Source of the DNA: an uncultured Actinomycetes bacterium
Lineage (GTDB): Bacteria; Actinomycetota; Thermoleophilia; Gaiellales; Gaiellaceae
Reading direction: 5' to 3'
DNA length: 64,000 nucleotides
Assembly (NCBI GenBank): GCA_963804935.1
Contig: CAWDSD010000026.1
Coordinates: 19,306-83,305, forward strand
Shown: in pieces, positions 53,348-62,253 of the stretch
How the letters are laid out: the number at the start of each line of letters is the position of its first letter
How positions within the stretch are numbered: position 1 is the stretch's first letter
Program-made: the position numbers and the translations under genes
The notes under the pieces: generated by a model
What the model saw: only the letters and a program-made list of their open reading frames with translations
What the model was told of the DNA's origin: nothing
Database searches by the model: none

Positions 53348-55162
53348 TTAGAGCGCGTCCAGCGGACGACCGTTCAGCGGCTCCAGTTCGAACAGAAGCT
53401 GGCCGAATTCCACCGGCTGTGCGTTCTCGACATGGATCGCGCGGACGACTGCTTCGACGTCGGACTTGACCTCGTTCATGAGCTTCATCGCCTCGAGGAT
53501 GCACAACGTCTGACCCGCGCCGATCGGCTGTCCTTCCTCGACGAACGGGTCCGCCCCGGGCTGCGGTGCCCGGTAGAAGGTTCCGACCATCGGCGCCTCG
53601 ACCCGCACGATGCCGTTCGAGGGTTCCACCGGCTCGAGCTCCGCCTCTTGCGGCTCACCGAAGAGCGATTCCGTCGGCGCCGCCGGGACTTCACGATCTT
53701 CCGTCCGCCGCACAGAGACGCGCATGCCCGACTCCTCGATCGTCACCTCGCCGATGCCCGTCTCCTGCACGATGCGCACGAGCTCGCGGATGCGCTCTGC
53801 GCGAGCCTGGTCGATGCCACCGGTCGCGAGCGTCTCGTCGCCGCTGGATCGCCCGCGGATCGTCCGCAGAAGTGGTTCCGCATCGTCGCCGAAGAGACCG
53901 AGCAGAAGGAGTTCTTCCTCGCTCGACGCGAGCCCTTCCGACTGCGCCCGCACTTCCTGCAAAGGAGGAGCCGTGGTGTTCTCGACCGAATCGGGGTCCG
54001 CAGTGAGACCGATCGCGCGCTGAATCGACTTGTCGATCGGAGCGGGAGTCGTTCCGAGATGGCCCGCGACAAGCGACCGGAGCTCGTCCACGACGACCGA
54101 GTAGCGGCTCGAGGAAAGCACGTTCAGGAGCGCCTGTGAACCGAGCACCTGACCGATCGGCGAAGCGAGCGGCGGCCAGCCGACCTCGGCCCGGATTCGG
54201 ATCAACTCCTCGATCGTCTCGTCGAGCCGGTCTCCGGCTCCCTGGGCGCGGAGGTTCGAGTCCAGCGCGGTAACGAGGCTGGCAGGTAGGTCGTGTTGAG
54301 CGGCGCGAGCGGCAATGCGCGGTGCGAGCGGCGTGACCGGCTCGTCGCCGATGTGCTCGTCGACGACGTCGGAGGCGGCCCAGAGCGACTGCACGTCGAC
54401 GTCACACTCGAGCCCGAGCCCCGAGAGCGCCTCGGCCAGAGCCTCACCCGACACACGGTGCAAGATCAGCGCGATCGGGAACACCGCGCACGCCATCAGC
54501 TCGGCACCGGCACGCGCAGCCTCGAGCGCCGCCGCCAGCGCGTTTCCACCGGATCCCTGGCAGTAGATGCCCACCGGCAGGCCGGTTGCCTCGCGCAAGC
54601 CCGTAACGAGCTCGCGCGCGCGATGCGGCTGCAGCGACCCGGTCGGGTCGTGCAACAGCACGCGCACGGCCCCGAGGTTCGGAAGCTCGCTGGCCTGCTC
54701 CATCAATGGATCCGTCTCACCGGTGCGGCCCGGGCTGTAGACGAGCCCCGCCTCGAACTCCCCGCCGGCCGTCGCGACTGCATCCGCGGCCTCACGGAGA
54801 TTCGAGACGTCGTTGAGCGGATCGTGAAGCCGGAAGACGTCGATCCCGTTCTCCGCGGCGGACGCGATGAATCGGCGGATGAAGTCGTTGTCGACCGGCC
54901 GGGAGCCGACGAGGAAGCGGCCTCGAAGCGCCAGGCCGAGCGGGGTTTCGACATTCGCCTTCAACGCTCGGATGCGCTCCCAGGGGCTCTCGACACCTCG
55001 CCGCACCGCACTGTCGAAGCAACCGCCACCCGAGACCTCGAGGTAGGCGAACCCGGCGCGATCGAGGATTCGGGCGATGTTCAGCTGCTCGGCAGTCGAC
55101 AGCCGCCCGGCGAGCGGCTCCTGCCCGAGCAGGCGAATAGTCGTGTCGGCAAGCGCCGGCAT
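53348..55162 (-). CDS. fusion of a PycB/OadA-like carboxyltransferase (HMGL-like 5S) domain lacking its metal ligands with a complete AccB/BCCP
   Basis: The N-terminal 450 aa aligns by eye to the pyruvate carboxylase CT domain (LEVSGGGCFD, ESPWERI, GIDVFRLHDPLN), but DTTxRDxHQS reads DTTIRLLGQE, KDMAG reads HDPTG and HxHTHD reads IYCQGS. The C-terminal 150 aa is AccB (PMVGTFY...CILEAMKLMNE). Confidence 0.75.
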   Translation of the reverse strand: MPALADTTIRLLGQEPLAGRLSTAEQLNIARILDRAGFAYLEVSGGGCFDSAVRRGVESPWERIRALKANVETPLGLALRGRFLVGSRPVDNDFIRRFIASAAENGIDVFRLHDPLNDVSNLREAADAVATAGGEFEAGLVYSPGRTGETDPLMEQASELPNLGAVRVLLHDPTGSLQPHRARELVTGLREATGLPVGIYCQGSGGNALAAALEAARAGAELMACAVFPIALILHRVSGEALAEALSGLGLECDVDVQSLWAASDVVDEHIGDEPVTPLAPRIAARAAQHDLPASLVTALDSNLRAQGAGDRLDETIEELIRIRAEVGWPPLASPIGQVLGSQALLNVLSSSRYSVVVDELRSLVAGHLGTTPAPIDKSIQRAIGLTADPDSVENTTAPPLQEVRAQSEGLASSEEELLLLGLFGDDAEPLLRTIRGRSSGDETLATGGIDQARAERIRELVRIVQETGIGEVTIEESGMRVSVRRTEDREVPAAPTESLFGEPQEAELEPVEPSNGIVRVEAPMVGTFYRAPQPGADPFVEEGQPIGAGQTLCILEAMKLMNEVKSDVEAVVRAIHVENAQPVEFGQLLFELEPLNGRPLDAL

Positions 55163-55201
55163 GCGGGGAGCCTAGCGCCGCCACGATAGGTTTTCTCCGC
55201 G

Positions 55202-55807
55202 ATGGACGTGCGAGAGCTTCGGCCGGGCCTGTGGCGCTGGACAGCGGCTCACCCTGAGTGGGAGCACGCCGAACACTGGGGCCCGCAAGTCGGCTCGGTC
55301 TACGCCGAGCTGCCTGATGCGCTCGTCATGGTTGACCCGCTCGTGCCGCAGGACGAGGAGGACCGCTTCTGGGAGGCTCTCGACCGAGACGTCGAGCGGG
55401 TCGGGAAGCCCGTGCACGTCCTCCTGACGGTGCACTGGCACGAGCGGAGCGTCGCCGCCGTGCTCGATCGATACAAGGCAACGCTGTGGCGCCCGGAGGA
55501 GAAAGGCGAGCTCCCGGCCGGCGTGCATGCCGAAGTCGTGAAGGGAAGCGACTGGGTCGAGGCGCTCTTCTTCCTCGAGCCGCACCGCGCACTCATTGCG
55601 GGCGACCTCCTCATCGGGAAGGCCGGAGGAGGCATCGAGCTACCTGTGGGCTGGTTCCCGAAAGGCGAACAGGACTGGGCCCAGCAGGAGCTGAAACCGG
55701 AGTTACGGAAGCGCCTCGCTGAGCTTCCGGTCGAGCTCGTAGTCGTCTCGCATGGCGAGCCGGTGCTCGAAGACGGCGCCGCCGCGCTCGAGCGTGCGCT
55801 TGCCTAG
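55202..55807 (+). CDS. hypothetical protein, MBL-fold-like
   Basis: 201 aa. The LRPGLWRWTAAHPEW...LVMVDPLVP...VLLTVHWHERS pattern recalls actinobacterial proteins annotated as MBL-fold. Weak call. Confidence 0.5.
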   Translation: MDVRELRPGLWRWTAAHPEWEHAEHWGPQVGSVYAELPDALVMVDPLVPQDEEDRFWEALDRDVERVGKPVHVLLTVHWHERSVAAVLDRYKATLWRPEEKGELPAGVHAEVVKGSDWVEALFFLEPHRALIAGDLLIGKAGGGIELPVGWFPKGEQDWAQQELKPELRKRLAELPVELVVVSHGEPVLEDGAAALERALA

Positions 55808-56382
55808 GCCCGCGAGATGTACCGCTTCTCGCGCGGGTCGACCTTGATGCGCTCGCCCGGGTTCACGAAGAGCGGGACCTGAACCACTGCCCCGGTCTCG
55901 AGCGTCGCGGCCTTCGTCACGTTCGAGACGGTGTCCCCCTTCACGCCGGGCTCCGTCTCGGATACCGCGAGCTCGACCGACGAAGGGAGCTGGACGCCCG
56001 ACGGCTTGCCGTTGACCAGCATGATCTGAACCGAGCTCGACGGAAGCATGAACTCGAGCGCATCCTCGACGATGGCATGCGGCAGCGACGTCTGCTCGTA
56101 CGTGTCCGTATCCATGAAGACCACCTCGTCACCGGCGTCGTAGAGATACTGCATCTCCTTCGTCTCCGTGCGGACGCGCGCGAACTTCTCACCTGCGCGG
56201 AACGTCCGGTCGACGACGGAACCGCTGTCGAGCCCCTTGAGCTTCGTCCGGACGAAGGCTCCGCCCTTACCGGGCTTGACGTGCTGAAACTCGACGATGC
56301 GCCAGTACGCGCCGTCGAGCTCGATGTGCATCCCGTTCTTGAACTGATTCGTGTTGACGGTCTCTGCCACGGCGCACAACAC
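55804..56382 (-). CDS. efp: translation elongation factor P
   Basis: NQFKNGMHIELDG, VKPGKGGAFVRTKLK and GDTVSNVTKAATLETG. GTG 56382 (56370 alternative). Confidence 0.95.
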   Translation of the reverse strand: MLCAVAETVNTNQFKNGMHIELDGAYWRIVEFQHVKPGKGGAFVRTKLKGLDSGSVVDRTFRAGEKFARVRTETKEMQYLYDAGDEVVFMDTDTYEQTSLPHAIVEDALEFMLPSSSVQIMLVNGKPSGVQLPSSVELAVSETEPGVKGDTVSNVTKAATLETGAVVQVPLFVNPGERIKVDPREKRYISRA

Positions 56383-57425
56383 TAGCGGTCAGCGACGGTG
56401 ATCAGATCCTTCCGAAAGCCGGTGAGGTTCTCGAAGCCGTCCTCGGTCACGACGATGTTGTCCTCGATCCGGATGCCCGCCCGACCCTCGAGGTAGATCC
56501 CGGGCTCGACCGTGACCACGTTGCCCATCGCCAGCGTGTCGGTCGACTCCATGGACAGGCGCGGAGCCTCGTGCACCTCGAGGCCAAGCCCGTGGCCGAG
56601 CCCGTGCCCGAACGTTCCGGCAAAGATCGACTCGTCGACGACTCGTCGCGCAGCCGCATCGGCATCGAAGCCCTTGACGCCGGACCTCAGCGCGTCGAAG
56701 CCCGCCTGCTGGGCGGCGAGCACGACCGCATAGGCCTGCTTGACGGGCGCCTCGACGAACCCGGTCGTGAAGGTACGCGTGTAGTCGGACACGTAGCCGT
56801 CGACGACGCAACCCGTGTCCACGATGATCGTCTCGCCTCGGCCGATCGGCCGGTCGGTGGCGCGGCCGTGCGGACGAGCCGAATTCGGGCCGGCGGCGAC
56901 GATCGTCTCGAAGGCAACCGCATCCGCGCCCTCTTCGTGGAAGAGCTGCTCGATCGTCCAGGCGACGTCGCGCTCGGTCCTGCCGACGAAGGGTTCCGCG
57001 ATCAGGCGGTCGAACATCCGGTCCGTGATCTCGCAGGCTCGCCTGATCGACGCGAGCTCGTTGTCGTCCTTGACTGCGCGCAGCTGCTCGACGAGCCCAC
57101 GGCGGGGAACCGGCTCGATCGCGCCGCCGCGAAGCGTCTCGTATCCGGAGTAGGAGACGAAGTCGGCCTCGAACCCGATCGGGCCGGACAACCTGTCGGC
57201 GAGATCCTTCAGGAGCGCGCGTTTCGTCTCCTCGAACACGACACCCTCGACGGCCCGCGCTGCCTCCGAGTAACGAAAGTCGGTGAAGAGTCGCGCGCGC
57301 TCGCGCTCGACGAGGAGCGCGGCGTTCGAGCTCTTGAACCCGAAGAGATAGTTGATGTTCGTGGGGTTCGTGACGAGCAGCGGCTCTTCCAGCGACTCGC
57401 GTAGGCGCTCGATTCGCGGGTTCAC
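56382..57425 (-). CDS. pepP: Xaa-Pro aminopeptidase (M24B)
   Basis: DTGCVVDGYVSDYTRT, HGLGHGLGLEVHE and TVEPGIY motifs. GTG start overlapping the aroQ stop. Confidence 0.9.
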   Translation of the reverse strand: MNPRIERLRESLEEPLLVTNPTNINYLFGFKSSNAALLVERERARLFTDFRYSEAARAVEGVVFEETKRALLKDLADRLSGPIGFEADFVSYSGYETLRGGAIEPVPRRGLVEQLRAVKDDNELASIRRACEITDRMFDRLIAEPFVGRTERDVAWTIEQLFHEEGADAVAFETIVAAGPNSARPHGRATDRPIGRGETIIVDTGCVVDGYVSDYTRTFTTGFVEAPVKQAYAVVLAAQQAGFDALRSGVKGFDADAAARRVVDESIFAGTFGHGLGHGLGLEVHEAPRLSMESTDTLAMGNVVTVEPGIYLEGRAGIRIEDNIVVTEDGFENLTGFRKDLITVADR

Positions 57426-57862
57426 GTAGCCGCTCCTACTTGCTCGACGATGAACTCGAGCGCTTCGCGATAACCGTCAGGGCCCTTGCCGAGGACACGC
57501 TTCGCGGCCAGGTCGGCGATGACGGACGTGCGTCGCCACTCTTCCCGCTCCTCGATGTTGGAGAGGTGCACCTCGACGATCGGCGCCTTGAGCAGCTCGA
57601 GCGCATCCCGGATCGCATAGGAGTAATGCGTCCACGCACCGGGGTTGGCGATGATGCCGTCGGCCGTGTCGACTGCGTCGTGGCACCACTCGACGTATTC
57701 CCCCTCATGGTTCGTCTGCCGGCACCGCACCGCACAGCCGAGCTCCGACGCCCACTCGTAGATTCGCGTCTCCAGCTCGGAGAGGGAGAGACCGCCGTAG
57801 AGCGCAGGATCGCGGCGTGCGAGGACGTCGAGGTTGACCCCGTTCAGGACGACGACCTGCAT
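57422..57862 (-). CDS. aroQ: type II 3-dehydroquinate dehydratase
   Basis: VLNGVNLDVLARRDPALYG, QTNHEGE, IIANPGAWTHYS and VEVHLSNI motifs. Confidence 0.95.
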   Translation of the reverse strand: MQVVVLNGVNLDVLARRDPALYGGLSLSELETRIYEWASELGCAVRCRQTNHEGEYVEWCHDAVDTADGIIANPGAWTHYSYAIRDALELLKAPIVEVHLSNIEEREEWRRTSVIADLAAKRVLGKGPDGYREALEFIVEQVGAAT

Positions 57863-57871
57863 CGGCGCACT

Positions 57872-59259
57872 CTAATCCGCGATCAACTCGTTCAGTGCCG
57901 TGCGAACTTCGGCCTCGGGGCGGGCCGCGACAACGGGCCCGTCCTCGTCCAGCAGCACGAGTCGTAGCTCGCCACGCTCCGACTTCTTATCGCGCCGAAG
58001 CGCAGCCCAGGCGCGGTCGCGGTCGACCTGCACAGGGTGCGGTGCCAGCACTTCCTCGACGACGTCCGTGGAACGCCCCGAGAGCCTAAGTGCGGCGAGC
58101 AGCCCAAGCGCGACGGCACTCCCGTGGCTCAGGCCGTCGTACCCGGCCGCGGCCTCGAGTGCGTGCGCGAAGGTGTGGCCCAGGTTCAGGATCGCCCGGC
58201 GTCCCTGGTCAAACGGATCTCCGAGACAGATACCGGCCTTGAACGCCGCCGCACCGCGGATCAGCTCGTCCTCGCCGAGCTCCCAGAGAGGACGGCCCGC
58301 CAGGAGCCCCGTCTTCACCACCTCGGCCATGCCTTGGCGGCGCTGAGTCTCGCTGAGAGTGGCGAGCACGTCTGGATCGACGACGACGCCTGCGGGATAG
58401 TGAAACGCACCGACGAGATTCTTGCCTGCCGCAAGGTCGATCGCCGTCTTGCCGCCGATCGCGGCGTCCACCTGCCCGAGCAGCGTCGTCGGCACTGCGA
58501 GCCAGCGCACGCCGCGGAGATAGGTCGCGGCCGCAAGACCTGCGACGTCCGTCGTCGAACCGCCGCCGTAGCCGACGATCGTTCCGCTGCGGTCGAGGTC
58601 GAGATTCGCCCACAACTGCGCGAGGACCGACGTCGTCTTGGCGGCCTCACCGCGCGGAACCGCGTGCACCTGGTTCCGCCCGAAGCCGAGTGGATGCAGC
58701 TCGAGCACGTGCTCGTCGGCGATCACCGCGACGGGACCGGTAACGTCGAGACCGGCCAGTCGGCCACGCGCGACCTCGATCTCGAGCGCGGCGAGCAGCA
58801 CGTCATCGACGCTCCGCACGGAAGCAGCGGAGACCTGGTCGTACAGGGGCTGCCGCTCGTCGAAGAGCGCCCTGAACGCCTCTTCGTCCCGCGCAAGCGG
58901 ACGATCGCTTCGCCGGACGCGCTCCCAGGCCGCCGCGGAATCGACCTCGACCCGGACCGTGTAGGCACGACCGCGGAGAAGGTCGCGCGTACGCTCGGAA
59001 AGGACTGCTCCGCCGCCGAGCGCGATCACGGCCGGCTCGGGCGAGGAGAGCACCTCGGCAGCGAGCTCCGCCTCGATGCGACGGAACTCCGACTCGCCCC
59101 GCTCGAAGAGCTCCGCGACGGGAGCATGGCGGCGTTCGATCTCACCGTCGAGATCGACGAAGGGTCGCCCGCTCAGCCGCGCGGCTTTCTCACCCAGCGT
59201 CGACTTGCCCGCGCCCATGAACCCGACGAGCGCGAGGTGACGCCCGAGCGCGCCTACCT
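57872..59259 (-). CDS. aroK/aroB: bifunctional shikimate kinase / 3-dehydroquinate synthase
   Basis: P-loop [13 protein letters not shown], then AroB motifs [17 protein letters not shown] and [11 protein letters not shown]. The only ATG (59218) cuts the P-loop, so an in-frame CTG at 59259 is proposed. Start is uncertain. Confidence 0.85.
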
Positions 59260-60333
59260 GGGTGACCAGTCGATCCGCTCCAGATAAGCGCGGTGTGCAG
59301 CGAGGAGATCGGCGAGCGAGTCACCGCCGAACTTATCCTTCGCGGCGCGCGCGAGCTCCCACGCGACGCAGGCTTCGGCGACGACGGCAAGGGCTTCCAC
59401 CGCAGCAGTGTCGCTGCGTTCGACGAGCGCCTCGGCGGGCTCGCCGGTCCGCAGGTCGACGGAGGCCAGGGGCTTCATCAGCGTCGGGAGCGGTTTCATC
59501 GCCGCGCGCACGACGATCTCCTCGCCGTTCGACACGCCGCCCTCGATCCCACCTGCGCGATTCGTCTTGCGATAGAGGCCGCGCTCGTCCCGCAGGATCT
59601 CGTCGTGGGCCTCGGACCCGCGCTTCGCCGCAAGCGCGAACCCGTCACCGATCTCCACTCCTTTGACCGCCTGCGTCCCCATCAGCGACGCGGCGAGGCG
59701 CGCATCGAGCCGCTCGTCCTTCGTCGCATAGGTGCCCAGGCCGGGTGGCACGCCGCGTGCGCGCACCTCGACGACACCGCCGACGGTGTCCCGATCCGCG
59801 CGTGCGTCATCCACCTGCTGCTCGAGGTCCTCGCTCAACACGCGACCTTCGACTGCGATCCCGAGCTCTGCAATCAGTGCCTTGGCCACCGCACCTGCAG
59901 CCACGATCACGGCAGTGTGCCGCGCGCTCGCGCGCTCGAGCACATCGCGCACGTCGGCGAATCCGTACTTCAAGGCTCCCGCGAGATCGGCATGTCCCGG
60001 CCGCGGCAGTGTGACTTCCTTGGTTCCCTTGCCGGACGGCTCACCATCCGGGGGCCAGGCACTCATCCCCCACTCCCAGTTCTTGTGATCCCGGTTGCGC
60101 ACGACGAGCGCGAGCGGAGTCCCGAGCGTGCGTCCGTGGCGCAGGCCGGCGAGCACCTCGACCTCGTCCTGCTCGATCTGCTGCCTCGGGCTGCGGCCGT
60201 AACCCTGCTGGCGCCGATGCAGATCCGCATCGATCGCCTGCTGCTCGAGGACGAGACCTGCCGGCAGCCCGCTCACGATCGCGACAAGCGCCGGACCGTG
60301 CGACTCACCTGCCGTCGTGAGCTGGAGCGCCAT
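59254..60333 (-). CDS. aroC: chorismate synthase
   Basis: [30 protein letters not shown] and RSDTAAV motifs. Confidence 0.95.
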   Translation of the reverse strand: MALQLTTAGESHGPALVAIVSGLPAGLVLEQQAIDADLHRRQQGYGRSPRQQIEQDEVEVLAGLRHGRTLGTPLALVVRNRDHKNWEWGMSAWPPDGEPSGKGTKEVTLPRPGHADLAGALKYGFADVRDVLERASARHTAVIVAAGAVAKALIAELGIAVEGRVLSEDLEQQVDDARADRDTVGGVVEVRARGVPPGLGTYATKDERLDARLAASLMGTQAVKGVEIGDGFALAAKRGSEAHDEILRDERGLYRKTNRAGGIEGGVSNGEEIVVRAAMKPLPTLMKPLASVDLRTGEPAEALVERSDTAAVEALAVVAEACVAWELARAAKDKFGGDSLADLLAAHRAYLERIDWSPR

Positions 60334-60429
60334 GCCGTCAAGCGTAGTAGGCCGTTCGGCGCCCCGACCGAGATCGGAGAATTGCGCCCTGGTTCACCGC
60401 GGACGCAGGTGCCCACGCTCAAAGCGGGA

Positions 60430-60457
60430 ATCCCACGAAGAGGATCCCACGAAGAGG
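60430..60457 (+). repeat. perfect 14-bp tandem duplication ATCCCACGAAGAGG x2 abutting the SD of the vWA gene
   Basis: 60430..60443 and 60444..60457 are identical. The second copy runs into GAGGGAGGG, 8 nt before the ATG at 60469. Confidence 0.85.
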
Positions 60458-60468
60458 GAGGGCGATAC

Positions 60469-62208
60469 ATGAAGGGGCATCACTGGGCGCTCAAGCTGCG
60501 CGCCCTGAAACGGAGCCTGCTCGCGACAGCGGGCGTCTCCACGATTTCGGTCGCGCTCGGCGGCGCTGCGTTCGCCGCGCCGGGAGTCACACCGAGCACG
60601 GTCACCGACACGCTGCTTCCTGGCGCGTCGCAGACGATCTCGAAGTCCGTCGAGACGTCGCCGATTCCGCCGAACCCGGACATCTTCTTCCTCGCCGACA
60701 CGACCGGGAGCATGGGCGGCGCGGTCGCCAACGTCCGAACGGGCAATGCCAACGTCATGGCGACGGTGCTGACCGCGCAGCCAACGGCGGAATTCGGAGT
60801 CGGCGAGTACAAGGACACCACCGACGCCTTCGCCTACCGGCTGAACCAGGCGATTACAGCCAACACGGCTGACGTCCAGGTGGGGATGAATGCCTGGGTT
60901 GCGACTGGCGGCGGGGACACCCCCGAGTGCCAGCTCAACGCACTCGAGACGCTCGCCACGGACTCGGCGACCGGCTTCCGCAGCGGCTCGTCGCGCATCG
61001 TCGTGTGGTTCGGAGACGCGGTCGGTCACGATCCGTGCAACGGCGCGACCGAGGTGTCCGCGACCGCGGCCCTCGTCGCGAAGGGGATCCGCGTGATCGC
61101 GATCAGCACGGGCGCGGCAAACAACCTCAACGGCACCGGACAGGCCAAACGCATCGCTGATGCCACCGGCGGTGTCTTCCTGTCGGGCGCCAGCGACAGC
61201 CAGGTCTCCGACGCGATCCTCAACGGTCTCTCGAACCTGCCGGTGACGGTGACCCCTAGCGTGAGCTGCGACGCAGGTGTGAGCGCATCGCTCTCGCCGG
61301 CGAGCCAGACCGACGTGAGCGGCACGACGTTCACGTTCAGCGAGACCTACGGCGTGAATGCCGGCACGCTCGCCGGGACCTACGTCTGCACGGTCAAGTT
61401 CCTGCTCAACGACCTCGACGGTGGACCGGCGTTCCAGGAGACAATCACGATCAACGTGCCGGCGCCCGACCTCTCGATGGCAAAGACGGGGCCGGCGCTC
61501 GTGACCGAGGGCCACAACGCCACCTACACCCTGACGGCGACGAACCTCGGCCCGACGACGGCGACCGGCGTCACGGTCACCGACCCGGTACCCGCGAACT
61601 CGACGTTCGTCTCGGCGAGCGCCGGGTGCGCTCAGGCCGCCGGCCTGATCACCTGCGCGGCCGGCACGCTCGCACCCGGTGGGAGCCAGGGGTTCACGAT
61701 CACCCTGCTCGCAGGCTCGGGTGCATCGATCGTGAACATCGCGACGGTCGCGGGCGACCAGGCCGACCCGAGCCCCGCGAACAACACGGCGACGGTGACC
61801 ACCACGATCAACCACAACCCGGTCTGCACCGCCGCGACGTCGGGGCTCGGCACCCTCTGGCCGCCTAACCACAAGTACGTGGCCGGCCAGATTGCGGGTG
61901 TGACCGACCCGGACGGCGATCCGATCACGCTGACGATCAACGGGATCACGCAGGACGAACCGGTCAACTCCACAGCGGACGGCAACACGTCGCCGGACGC
62001 CACGATCGGTTCGGGCGGGGCATTCCAGGTGCGAGCCGAGCGCTCCGGGCAGGGTGACGGACGCGTTTACAGGGTCGCGTTCACGGCGACCGATGGGCTG
62101 GGCGGAGAATGCTCCGGTGCCGGCCGCATCGGTGTTCCACACGACCAGGGTGGCCGGCCGGCTCCGATCGACTCGGCACCCCCGTCTTACGACTCGACGC
62201 TTCCGTAG
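60469..62208 (+). CDS. secreted vWA-domain protein with DUF11-type repeat and a C-terminal WPPNHK module
   Basis: Signal ALKLRALKRSLLATAGVSTISVALGGAAFA, MIDAS-like FFLADTTGSMGG and DUF11-like DLSMAKTGP...TYTLTATNLGPTTATGVTVTDPVPANSTFVSAS. C-terminus TLWPPNHKYV...GVTDPDGDPITL...GRVYRVAFTATD. The first 392 codons of ORF 59293..62208 are antisense to aroC and are rejected. Confidence 0.8.
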   Translation: MKGHHWALKLRALKRSLLATAGVSTISVALGGAAFAAPGVTPSTVTDTLLPGASQTISKSVETSPIPPNPDIFFLADTTGSMGGAVANVRTGNANVMATVLTAQPTAEFGVGEYKDTTDAFAYRLNQAITANTADVQVGMNAWVATGGGDTPECQLNALETLATDSATGFRSGSSRIVVWFGDAVGHDPCNGATEVSATAALVAKGIRVIAISTGAANNLNGTGQAKRIADATGGVFLSGASDSQVSDAILNGLSNLPVTVTPSVSCDAGVSASLSPASQTDVSGTTFTFSETYGVNAGTLAGTYVCTVKFLLNDLDGGPAFQETITINVPAPDLSMAKTGPALVTEGHNATYTLTATNLGPTTATGVTVTDPVPANSTFVSASAGCAQAAGLITCAAGTLAPGGSQGFTITLLAGSGASIVNIATVAGDQADPSPANNTATVTTTINHNPVCTAATSGLGTLWPPNHKYVAGQIAGVTDPDGDPITLTINGITQDEPVNSTADGNTSPDATIGSGGAFQVRAERSGQGDGRVYRVAFTATDGLGGECSGAGRIGVPHDQGGRPAPIDSAPPSYDSTLP

Positions 62209-62221
62209 TCGTAGCCGTTCC

Positions 62222-62253
62222 GGAGGGGCCCCACGGTGACGCGGGGCCCCTCC
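62222..62253. terminator. 11-bp GC hairpin between convergent genes (candidate bidirectional terminator)
   Basis: GGAGGGGCCCC-acggtgacgc-GGGGCCCCTCC starts 14 nt after the vWA stop and touches the aroE stop. No U-tract. Confidence 0.5.

Noticed and set aside
59293-60468. The first 392 codons of the 971-aa ORF 59293..62208(+).
   Set aside because: This part is antisense to chorismate synthase and has no protein-like sequence. A strong SD (GAGGGAGGG) and a signal peptide begin at the ATG at 60469.
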